From contig OY970149.1 in the NCBI GenBank assembly GCA_963706095.1, forward strand, positions 2,179,398-2,243,397: a stretch of 64,000 nucleotides of DNA, in the 5' to 3' direction. The translations under genes were made by a program, and so were the position numbers. Shown here piece by piece: positions 49,197 to 57,275 of the stretch; within the stretch, counting starts at the first letter, position 1, and each line of letters opens with the position of its first letter. The notes beneath the pieces are model-generated. The model searched no databases. It was not told where the DNA came from and saw nothing but the letters and a program-made list of their open reading frames with translations. Origin of the DNA: an uncultured Chloroflexia bacterium. GTDB lineage: Bacteria; Chloroflexota; Limnocylindria; Limnocylindrales; CSP1-4.

Positions 49197-51359
49197 ATGC
49201 TCGCGCGATCGGCGTCGATCAGGGCCTTCACCAGGCGAGACGGAGTGCGTCTCGCCCTGATCGGGCTGCTGATCATCGTGGCCATGGGCGCGATCCTGGC
49301 CGTGGACGCGCTGCCGGGCCCGCTCAACGGCACGAATGCGATCGTCGATGGCATCGCCACGACCGATATTCGCGCGCCGCGGGCACTGACCTACACATCT
49401 GAGGCCGCGACCGAGCAGCGCCGCCAGGAGGTGCGCGAGCAGGTCCCGCCCCAATACGACTACACGACCGAGCGCGGACGGGTGACGGCGGAGCAGCAGC
49501 TCGCGGCCTTCGAGGACGCGGTCGAGTCCGTGGACGGCGCCTATACCGCCGTGCTCGACGACCTGTCGCGCCAGGTGGCGTTGCGCGCCGCGCTGCCGGG
49601 CCTGACCACGGGTGCCGAGGACACGCTCGCGCTCATGGACGAGGTCGAGTGGACCGCGCTGCGCGGCGAGATGATGCGCGTCCTGGAGTCGGCCCAGACC
49701 CAGGAGGTGCGCGACACCCTGCTGCCTGAGGTTCGCGGCTCCCTCGCCAACCGGGTGAGCACCCGTTTCGCGGCCGACCAGCGCGCTCTCGCGGGTCAGG
49801 TGCTGGCTCCACTGATCGTTGCCAACTCAACGTTCGACGATGCCGCCACCGAGCGCGCGCGCGAAGACGCCGCCGGCCGGGTCGAGCCCATCCGCTTCTC
49901 GATCCGCCAGGGCGAGATCCTTGCCGCTCGCGGAGCGGTCATCGACCCTCTCACGGAGGAACGCCTGCAGCTCCTCGGCCTGCTCGATCCCCAGCCGGAC
50001 CTGGCGCGCGCCGGCGGCTGGATGCTGCTCGCGATCGTCACCGTCGTGCTCCTGCTCGGCTGGATCTGGCGCTTCCGACCTCAGATCTGGCACAGGACCA
50101 GCGCCGTGCTGCTGATCGCGTTCGTTCTCGTCGTCGCGACCATCGCTCTCAAGGCCACCGGTGATAGATCGGTGCTGCCGTATGTCGTGCCCACTGCGGC
50201 CGTGGGCCTGTTGCTGGCGGTGCTGCTCGATGGCGGAGCGGCGCTGATCGTCACGGCCATGGTCGCGCTGATCGGTGGCGCCATCACCGGCAGCGTCGAG
50301 TTCGCGACCTACATCCTGCTTGGCGGCACCATCGGCGTGGTCGTCGTGCGGCGTGGCGAGCGCATGACCCATTTCATCCAGGCCGCCATTGCCATCGCGA
50401 TCGTGAACGTCCTGGTGATCGGCATGTTCACGCTGCTCGGCGACCGCGATATCACCGGCTTCGCCGAGCTGGCCGGGGCAGGCATCGCGTCCGCGGTCGG
50501 CAGCGCCCTGGTGGCAGTCGGCTCCTTCCTGCTAGTCGGCAACCTATTCGGCATCACCACCTCGTTCCAGCTGCTCGAGCTGGCCAATCCGTCACAGAAG
50601 CTGCTGCGCCGGCTGTTGCTCGAGACGCCGGGCACGTACCACCACTCGCTCATGGTCGGCAACCTGGCGGAGCGCGCGGCGGAGGCGATCGGCGCTGATC
50701 CGTTGGTGGCGCGTGTCGCGGCCTACTACCACGACGTGGGCAAGCTGGCCAATCCGATGGCGTACATCGAGAACCAGTCGGGTGGCGAGAACATCCACGA
50801 CGCGATGACGCCCGAACAGTCCGTTGCCCTGGTGAAGTCGCACGTGGCGAGTGGCATCGACCTGGCCTACGAGTACAGGCTGCCCAAGCCGGTCATCGCA
50901 TTCATCCCGCAACACCACGGCACGGCGCTGATGAGCTACTTCTACGCGCGTGCCAAGGAGCAGGCCGTCGAGCAATCCGGTCTCGCTCCAGGCTCGTCCG
51001 GCGCGCGCGAGGTGGAAGCCGCTGTCGACGAGCGCCGCTTCCGCCACTCCGGGCCAAAGCCACAGTCGCGCGAGGCGGCAATCCTGATGTTGGCCGATTC
51101 GGTCGAAGCCTCTGTCCGCTCCCTGGGCACGCCGGACGAACCGGCCATCCGGGCGATGGTCAACCGCATCATCCGCGAGCGGCTCGAGGACGGCCAGTTC
51201 GACGAGTGCGACCTGACGTTGCGCGACCTCGAGCACATCCGCGAGGCGTTCGTCGCGCAGCTGCTCGGCATGTACCACCGGCGCATCGAGTACCCCCAGA
51301 ACAAGATCGTGGAGCTGGAGTCGCGTCGCGCCGCCTCAGGCGGCGGCACCAGCGCCTGA
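49197..51359 (+). CDS. pgpH: 7TM-HD (HDIG) membrane phosphohydrolase, PgpH/YqfF-like cyclic-di-AMP phosphodiesterase family
   Basis: N-terminal extracellular region, seven TM helices, and the HD domain HHSLMVGNLAERAAE..YYHDVGK..HHG. Conserved position before ybeY. Confidence 0.85.
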   Translation: MLARSASIRAFTRRDGVRLALIGLLIIVAMGAILAVDALPGPLNGTNAIVDGIATTDIRAPRALTYTSEAATEQRRQEVREQVPPQYDYTTERGRVTAEQQLAAFEDAVESVDGAYTAVLDDLSRQVALRAALPGLTTGAEDTLALMDEVEWTALRGEMMRVLESAQTQEVRDTLLPEVRGSLANRVSTRFAADQRALAGQVLAPLIVANSTFDDAATERAREDAAGRVEPIRFSIRQGEILAARGAVIDPLTEERLQLLGLLDPQPDLARAGGWMLLAIVTVVLLLGWIWRFRPQIWHRTSAVLLIAFVLVVATIALKATGDRSVLPYVVPTAAVGLLLAVLLDGGAALIVTAMVALIGGAITGSVEFATYILLGGTIGVVVVRRGERMTHFIQAAIAIAIVNVLVIGMFTLLGDRDITGFAELAGAGIASAVGSALVAVGSFLLVGNLFGITTSFQLLELANPSQKLLRRLLLETPGTYHHSLMVGNLAERAAEAIGADPLVARVAAYYHDVGKLANPMAYIENQSGGENIHDAMTPEQSVALVKSHVASGIDLAYEYRLPKPVIAFIPQHHGTALMSYFYARAKEQAVEQSGLAPGSSGAREVEAAVDERRFRHSGPKPQSREAAILMLADSVEASVRSLGTPDEPAIRAMVNRIIRERLEDGQFDECDLTLRDLEHIREAFVAQLLGMYHRRIEYPQNKIVELESRRAASGGGTSA

Positions 51360-51362
51360 CGC

Positions 51363-51902
51363 TTGGCGTCGTTCTACCTGCCGCCGTGGCGGATCGACGT
51401 CTCCGCCCGGGACGGAGTCAGGTCGCCTCTTTCGCAACGAGCCGTGGCCGCGATGGCGGCTCGGGCGCTCACGGCAGCCGGCGCGCCCTCACCGGCGAGC
51501 CTTGCGGTGATCCTGTCAAACGACTCGGAGCTGGCCAGCCTGAACCGCGAGCACATGGGCGAGGAGGGACCGACCGACGTCCTGTCATTCCCATTGCTGC
51601 CCCTGACCGCCTTCCCTATGCACACGGGTATGGCAACGCCCACAGACGAGCTCGTGCCCTTCATCCTGCCGCCGGGCAACAGGCTGCACCTGGGCGACAT
51701 CGTTATCTCGGTCGATCTGGCGCGCGCGCAGGCGGAGGAGGGCCGGGGCGGTCAGACGGGCGACAGGTCGTGGTCGGTCGCGGACGAGCTGCGGCTGCTG
51801 GTGACGCACGGCGTGCTGCACGTCTGTGGCTGGGATCACGCCCGGTCGGACGAGCGCGATGCCATGCGCGCCCTCGAACAGGAGCTGTTACGCGAAGCCT
51901 GA
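51363..51902 (+). CDS. ybeY: rRNA maturation RNase YbeY
   Basis: Zinc motif HGVLHVCGWDH and ..TDVLSFPL... TTG start. Confidence 0.9.
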   Translation: MASFYLPPWRIDVSARDGVRSPLSQRAVAAMAARALTAAGAPSPASLAVILSNDSELASLNREHMGEEGPTDVLSFPLLPLTAFPMHTGMATPTDELVPFILPPGNRLHLGDIVISVDLARAQAEEGRGGQTGDRSWSVADELRLLVTHGVLHVCGWDHARSDERDAMRALEQELLREA

Positions 51903-51906
51903 TGAA

Positions 51907-53721
51907 CTAGTCGGCCGCGGCGAGCAGGGCGCGCAGCCGGTCAACCCGGCGCGCAGCGACCTGCAGGACGTTCGTCATCAGCGTCGCCCAGAGCTCCGGA
52001 TCGCTCTCGCGCAGAGCGGCCACGGCCTGTGCGGGCAAGACCTGGCATTCCACGTCTGTGTCCGCCAGGGCATCGGCCGCTGCGCTGCCGTTCGCGATGG
52101 CGAGCTCGCCGAGCAGCATCCCCGCGGCCAGCGTCGCGACGCGACGTCGATTGGCGCCCTCCTGGCCGACGAACATGCTGATCCTGCCGGTGGTGATGAG
52201 CAACAGCCCTTCCCAGCGCTGGCCCTGTTGCTGGATGAGCGCGCCGGTCGCGAAGGTCCTCCGCTCCATGAGCCCATTCAGTGTGTGGAGCTGTCCGGCA
52301 GAGAGTCCCACAAGAGCCTCGTGGTCGGCCAGATCGACGGCCGATTCGGCCGCTTCCTCGGCCGAGCCCTGGAGCAGCTGCTCCTCGCACCATTCGAGGG
52401 CGAGATCGAAATCGTCGACTTGCAACGCCTCACTCGACAGTGCCGCCATCTCCGGGAATCTGTTCGCACCGGTCACGATCAGGCGGCCGTCACGCCGCAG
52501 GAGCATCGTCGCCAGGTCGGAAAAGAAGCCGACGGCCGAGTCGGTGACGTCGACGACGCGGCGCAGGTCGAGGACCGCGAAGCGCGGCGCAACCGGCGCC
52601 GTGGCGATGCGCCGCAGCGCCATCTCGACGGCCGCGAAATCGAGCTCACCCTGCAGTTGCAACGCCATGGCCTCCGCGCCCCGTCGCTCGAGCACGTCGA
52701 GCGCGGCCTCGCGCCTGATGCGCTTGGACCGGAGCCGGCGGAGGTCGCTGACCGACCGCACGGGCGGCGCGGCATCCGCGGGCGAGGTCGCGAGATGCAA
52801 GTGCAGATCGTTCGACAAGCGCTGACTGACGGCCACGCCGCGGACGCTGTTGCCGTGTACGTCGAGGAGTGGCGAGAACACGGAGATCGCCAGGCGGCCG
52901 GGCAACACGCAGATCAGGCCGCCGGCGACGCCGCTCTTGGCCGGGAGGCCGATCGAGTACAGCCACTGCCCGGCGCCGTCGTACATGCCACACGTAGCCA
53001 TCACGGTCAGGACGCGGGTCACGGTTGCGGCGGAGGCGGCGCGCTCGCGGGTCATCGGGTTGACGCCGCCGTTGGCCAGGGTCGCGGCCATGATGGCGAG
53101 GTCGTGAGCGTCGACCAGCACCGAGCAACCGCGCAGGTACACATCCAGGGCCAGCTCTGGGTCGACACGCAACACACCGGAGCCGACCAGCAGGTGGGCG
53201 ATTGCCCGATTTCGATGCGCCGTCTCGCGCTCGGATTCGAAAACGGTGTCATCAACCTTGAGTGCTCGGTCGGCGAAGCGGCCATATCCGGCAAGAAGGT
53301 GGCTGGTGGCGGTCGCATCGTGGTGTTCGACCACCAGGCCGGCCGCGGTGATGGCGCCGGCGTTGATCATCGGATTGAGCGGCTTGCCCGTTACGGGGTC
53401 GAGCGAGATCGAGTTGAACGCCTCACCGGTCGGCTCGACCCCGATCCGTTCCTCAACCCTTGCGGCTCCCAGCTCATCGAGCATGAGCGCGTATGTGAAC
53501 GCCTTCGAGATCGACTGGATCGTGAATTGCTGGCGCGTGTCCCCGACCTCGTAGACGGCGCCATCCGCGGTCGCGACGCAGATCCCGAACCAGCTCGGAT
53601 CGGCCTTGGCCAGCTCGGGGATGTAGGTCGCCAGCTCGCCGTCGCGAAGCTGCGCGGTGTCGGAGTGAACGCGCTGCAGGTAGGCGAGGATGGGATCGTC
53701 GGTCACGATGTCGTCGGTCAC
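51907..53721 (-). CDS. glsA: Glutaminase A fused to STAS-like and cyclic-nucleotide-binding-like domains
   Basis: N-terminal ..FTIQSISKAFTYALML.. and ..NPMINAGAI.. (glutaminase). Middle ..LQLQGELDFAAVEMALRRI..VLDLRRVVDVTDSAV.. (STAS-like). C-terminal ..LIQQQGQRWEGLLLITTGRISMF..LAAGMLLGELA.. (cNMP-binding-like). Confidence 0.88.
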   Translation of the reverse strand: MTDDIVTDDPILAYLQRVHSDTAQLRDGELATYIPELAKADPSWFGICVATADGAVYEVGDTRQQFTIQSISKAFTYALMLDELGAARVEERIGVEPTGEAFNSISLDPVTGKPLNPMINAGAITAAGLVVEHHDATATSHLLAGYGRFADRALKVDDTVFESERETAHRNRAIAHLLVGSGVLRVDPELALDVYLRGCSVLVDAHDLAIMAATLANGGVNPMTRERAASAATVTRVLTVMATCGMYDGAGQWLYSIGLPAKSGVAGGLICVLPGRLAISVFSPLLDVHGNSVRGVAVSQRLSNDLHLHLATSPADAAPPVRSVSDLRRLRSKRIRREAALDVLERRGAEAMALQLQGELDFAAVEMALRRIATAPVAPRFAVLDLRRVVDVTDSAVGFFSDLATMLLRRDGRLIVTGANRFPEMAALSSEALQVDDFDLALEWCEEQLLQGSAEEAAESAVDLADHEALVGLSAGQLHTLNGLMERRTFATGALIQQQGQRWEGLLLITTGRISMFVGQEGANRRRVATLAAGMLLGELAIANGSAAADALADTDVECQVLPAQAVAALRESDPELWATLMTNVLQVAARRVDRLRALLAAAD

Positions 53722-53774
53722 GGCTCACACATTGTGATGGGCGCGCAGCGGTGTTTGGGCTACCTTGCCCGGTA

Positions 53775-54395
53775 ATGACCGACCACGATTCCGAAGACCA
53801 GCCCGACCATGAGCCCGAGCGCCAGCACCATCACCAGGCCTACGACTGGGAGACTCAGCTCCTTGCGCTGCGCGATGCTGCCACCCACTTCTACGAGCAC
53901 CAGTTCGACTGGCGCGGACATGAGCCGCCGCCGGGCTATGCCGGCCCGCGCTGGTTCCCGCCCGCGTCAGAGTGGCGCCTGGCGGCGCGGCTGGACGATT
54001 CCACGCCTACGGCCGGCCAAGAGGTCCAGATCGCCACGTCCACCGGGCAGCTGCGCGACATGCAGATTGCCGGTGACCTCGTCTTCGAAGCTGACGGTGG
54101 CGAGCACCGCCTGACATCGTTCCACTCACACGGAAGCGATGGCGGCCACGTGCTGTTCGTGCCGTTCCGCGACGCGACGTCCGGCTCCGAGACGTACGGC
54201 GCCGGCCGCTACGTCGAGGTGCCCTTCGATCACGACGCCGAAGTGCTGGAGCTCGACTTCAACTTCGCCTACAACCCGTCGTGCGTGTTCAGCCCGGCTT
54301 ACGATTGCCCGTATCCGCCCGCGCAGAATCGGCTCTCGGTCGCGGTGCGCGCGGGCGAGCTGCTGCCCTACGAGGCTGACCACGCCGACCACTAA
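53775..54395 (+). CDS. DUF1684 domain-containing protein
   Basis: ..FVPFRDATSGSETYGAGRYVEV..LDFNFAYNPSCVFSPAYDCPYPPAQNRL is the characteristic DUF1684 C-terminus. ATG 53775 has TACCTT 8 nt upstream. Confidence 0.8.
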   Translation: MTDHDSEDQPDHEPERQHHHQAYDWETQLLALRDAATHFYEHQFDWRGHEPPPGYAGPRWFPPASEWRLAARLDDSTPTAGQEVQIATSTGQLRDMQIAGDLVFEADGGEHRLTSFHSHGSDGGHVLFVPFRDATSGSETYGAGRYVEVPFDHDAEVLELDFNFAYNPSCVFSPAYDCPYPPAQNRLSVAVRAGELLPYEADHADH

Positions 54396-54411
54396 CCAAG
54401 CGTCTCGGATG

Positions 54412-54613
54412 TCACTGGCAGCATCGCTTGGAGGCTTTATCGGCCGTCGGGCCTCGTCTGGGCCGGGATCTTGGCCTCAAACCTGCCCGTGGCGCGCTCG
54501 GGGCACCCAATTGGACCCTCGCGCCAGCGTGGCGCATCCCTTGCATCGCCTCAAGCGCCCTCCGAGCCAACTGCGACGAGCGAGTTAGCGGCCGTTTGAT
54601 GCTGCTAGTGGCA
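54412..54613 (+). repeat. Interspersed structured element, copy 3 (fully intergenic)
   Basis: GTCACTGGCAGCATC at 54412-54426 and GATGCTGCTAGTGGCA at 54598-54613. The left-arm C-to-T change still pairs as U-G. Confidence 0.75.
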
Positions 54614-54730
54614 CGCCGCCGCCTACGTCCAACCAGGCCAGCCCCCTCGCGAGTCATAGCCAACTCGGCTCCGATGCACTGAACGAAGGGGCCGTGGAGG
54701 ACGTGGTCCTGGCGCGGGTACAACACGTAC

Positions 54731-55360
54731 GTGCACGACCCGAGCTATCCGCCTCCGCCTGTCGGACCACACTCGTGGGACGCGTGGCAGGGCGGGCCGA
54801 ACCTTCCGCCCCCCGGTCCGGTTGCGTACGAGGCCGCTTACGGCCAGCCGTCGCGAAGCCACACGGGACCAATCATCGTCGGCACGGTCCTCGTCGCCGT
54901 CCTGGGGCTCTTGCTGTTCGGCGCACTCATGACCCTCGGTGCTGGTCTTGGCTCCTTTGCCGAGACTGGCAGCCTGGCCTCACTCGACGTCGGCCAGTGC
55001 TTCAACGGCGGGCGGCCCACGAACTCGCCGCCTGATGCCACCGCTCTCCTGGGCGCGATCGACGTCGTCGACTGCAGGCTGGCACACGACAGCGAGCTGG
55101 TCGGCGCTTTCGCCTATCCGTCGGCGCCTGGCGCCAGCTACCCGGGAACCCCAATCGTCAACTCGTACTCGGAGGCCGAGTGCTACGTGATTTTCGAGCG
55201 TTACGTGGGCGTGCCCTTCACGACCTCGCGCTACGAGCTGACGTACGTGACACCGCTCGAGTTCAACTGGTCGATGAACGACAAGTTAGTTCAGTGCCTC
55301 GTACATCCCCCCGCCGAACAGCCGCTGATGACGGGGACGGTCAGGAACTCGCGCCGCTAA
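54731..55360 (+). CDS. Septum-formation-domain family membrane-anchored protein
   Basis: Pro-rich N-terminus, one TM helix, then ..LDVGQCFNGG..VDVVDCRLAHDSELVG..AECYVIFERY.. gives the Cys/His pattern of the actinobacterial-type septum formation domain. Confidence 0.6.
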   Translation: MHDPSYPPPPVGPHSWDAWQGGPNLPPPGPVAYEAAYGQPSRSHTGPIIVGTVLVAVLGLLLFGALMTLGAGLGSFAETGSLASLDVGQCFNGGRPTNSPPDATALLGAIDVVDCRLAHDSELVGAFAYPSAPGASYPGTPIVNSYSEAECYVIFERYVGVPFTTSRYELTYVTPLEFNWSMNDKLVQCLVHPPAEQPLMTGTVRNSRR

Positions 55361-55373
55361 AGCGTCCCCTCCG

Positions 55374-55970
55374 CTAGAGCGTGCCCGTCAGGTACGCGAA
55401 GCCGCTCGTGATCCAGATGGCCACGAAGCAGACGGCGACTATGCGGCCGATCCACGGCGCGGTGTCGTACGCCAGCGACGGCTTGAACCGGATCAGGCCG
55501 AACTTGACGGCCAACAGAGCGAACGCAAGCGAGCCGGCGACAATGTGGGTCAGCACGCGAATGGGCGAGGACGGCGCGCCGATGTCGACCATGCAGTAGA
55601 AGGCGATGACTGCCGCCAGGACGATGGCGAGGCGGCCGCCCCAGCGGTGGACGCGCATCATCGTGCGCATCTTGATTCGTCCGCGGGGCACGTGGCCGAG
55701 CACCGATTCCATCGTGTAGAACTGGCTGAAGGTCAGCAGCACGACGACGGTCGAGCCCGCGGCCTTGATCGCCGACTTCTGGTCGGAGTAGTAGAAGGCC
55801 GGCTCGGCTACCCCGATGAGCGACAGCACCACCAGGCTCACTGCCCAGACACCGAAGACTGCGGTGATGATCAGGACCGCATCGGTCAGCCAATCCGGCG
55901 CTCGCGTCCTGCGCGGATATTCCTTGGCGGGTGGTGAAGTCAAGCCCATCGCAGTGACGATAGCCGTCAA
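55374..55970 (-). CDS. Hypothetical membrane protein (about 5 TM)
   Basis: Hydrophobic helices throughout. No family recognised. Confidence 0.5.
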   Translation of the reverse strand: MTAIVTAMGLTSPPAKEYPRRTRAPDWLTDAVLIITAVFGVWAVSLVVLSLIGVAEPAFYYSDQKSAIKAAGSTVVVLLTFSQFYTMESVLGHVPRGRIKMRTMMRVHRWGGRLAIVLAAVIAFYCMVDIGAPSSPIRVLTHIVAGSLAFALLAVKFGLIRFKPSLAYDTAPWIGRIVAVCFVAIWITSGFAYLTGTL

Positions 55971-56011
55971 TACAGGGCCGGCTGGGCCAACCTACTCGTG
56001 GATGATTTGCG

Positions 56012-56503
56012 TCATTGCGCCGAATTGGATTGAGGTGGCACGATGTCGCCGCTGCCGAGCCACACCTCTGGCGTGATGCACTCCGGATCAGGCGGCGAAA
56101 TCCATGTCATCGCACGCAGCTGGCCTTCCACCGTGCTGCCTCCCATCCCGGCAGGGCCGCCACCCAAGCCAACAAGGTCACCGTCGCCGAAGCGCTCCTG
56201 CGGCCGCCCGCTCGTCACGATCACAAGCTCCCGCGTGGTCGCATCCCAGATCCACCGATCGGGTGCTTGCGCCAACACCACGAGCTGGCGATTGCCGTCG
56301 TCGGGCTCAATGAAGACGCACTTGTCCGTGATCCGCAGCCGGCCGGTCATCAAGGCGTCCATCCCAGCGTTGGCCCTGTAAACCGCTACCGGACCCCATC
56401 CGGCTGGGACTTGCGTCGCGACCAGTGAAGGTGTCGGCCCCGCGCAGGCAGCAAGCATTGCGCTGACGAAAATGAGCGACGGAGCAAGTGCCCTTGGGCG
56501 CAT
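56012..56503 (-). CDS. Hypothetical lipoprotein
   Basis: MRPRALAPSLIFVSAMLAACAG lipobox. The longer track ORF (to 56632) would overlap pth. Confidence 0.55.
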   Translation of the reverse strand: MRPRALAPSLIFVSAMLAACAGPTPSLVATQVPAGWGPVAVYRANAGMDALMTGRLRITDKCVFIEPDDGNRQLVVLAQAPDRWIWDATTRELVIVTSGRPQERFGDGDLVGLGGGPAGMGGSTVEGQLRAMTWISPPDPECITPEVWLGSGDIVPPQSNSAQ

Positions 56504-56573
56504 GACGGGTACGATTGCAGAAGTCGCCGGTCGATGTGTCGATCGGCCTACGACCGTGCCCGGAAGAGATTTC

Positions 56574-57275
56574 ATGAAGATCGTCGTGGGGTTGGGCAAC
56601 CCCGGAAAGCAGTACGAACAGACGCGCCACAACGTGGGCTGGATGGTGCTCGATCGGCTCGCCGACCGGGCCGGCTGGACCGGCCATGCCCGGGCTCGGG
56701 ATGCGGCGGCAACAGTCCACGGCCGTTATGACGGGCTCGACCTGATGCTCGTCAAGCCCACGACCTACATGAACCTGTCCGGCGTGGCGGTACGCAAGGT
56801 GCTCGCGCGCCAGCGCGCGCCACTCGAGGAGATGCTCGTCGTCGTCGACGACTTCGACCTGCCGCTGGGCAAGCTGCGCATGCGCGAGCAGGGCAGCGCA
56901 GGCACGCACAACGGCCTGCGCTCGATCATCGGCGAGCTTGGCAGCCAGAAGTTCGCGCGTTTGCGCGTCGGCATCGGCGACCCGGGCGGCCGCGCCAAGG
57001 ACCACGTGTTGACGCGCTTCAACGACGCCGAGCGCGAGGTCCTCGACGAGGTCCTCGACGCTGCCGCAGATGCGGTTGAAGGTTGGGCACGTGAGGGCGC
57101 CGCGCGCGCCGCGAACACCTGGAACTCCTGGGCGCCAACGGCCCAGCGCGCCACAGCGCCCGAGTCTGATGCCGCGTCCGGGACTGACCCTGTCGTGCCG
57201 GCACCGGCCGTGATCGAGGACGGCGGCATCGTCCGCCGCGCGACCGGCTGGCGAAAGCTGCTCGGCCGTGGCTGA
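56574..57275 (+). CDS. pth: Peptidyl-tRNA hydrolase (with ~45-aa C-terminal extension)
   Basis: MKIVVGLGNPGKQYEQTRHNVGW.. and ..VVVDDFDLPLGKLRMR..GSAGTHNGLRS. Confidence 0.93.
   Translation: MKIVVGLGNPGKQYEQTRHNVGWMVLDRLADRAGWTGHARARDAAATVHGRYDGLDLMLVKPTTYMNLSGVAVRKVLARQRAPLEEMLVVVDDFDLPLGKLRMREQGSAGTHNGLRSIIGELGSQKFARLRVGIGDPGGRAKDHVLTRFNDAEREVLDEVLDAAADAVEGWAREGAARAANTWNSWAPTAQRATAPESDAASGTDPVVPAPAVIEDGGIVRRATGWRKLLGRG

Noticed and set aside
53725-53737. TCACA-CAT-TGTGA inverted repeat between glsA and the DUF1684 gene as a CRP/FNR-type site
   Set aside because: The half-sites are in the reverse arrangement and 3 nt apart instead of TGTGA-N6-TCACA. It is too short to distinguish from chance.
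51826-53775. 649-aa ORF on the plus strand
   Set aside because: It is antisense to the glutaminase fusion gene and has no recognisable motif. GC-driven open frame.
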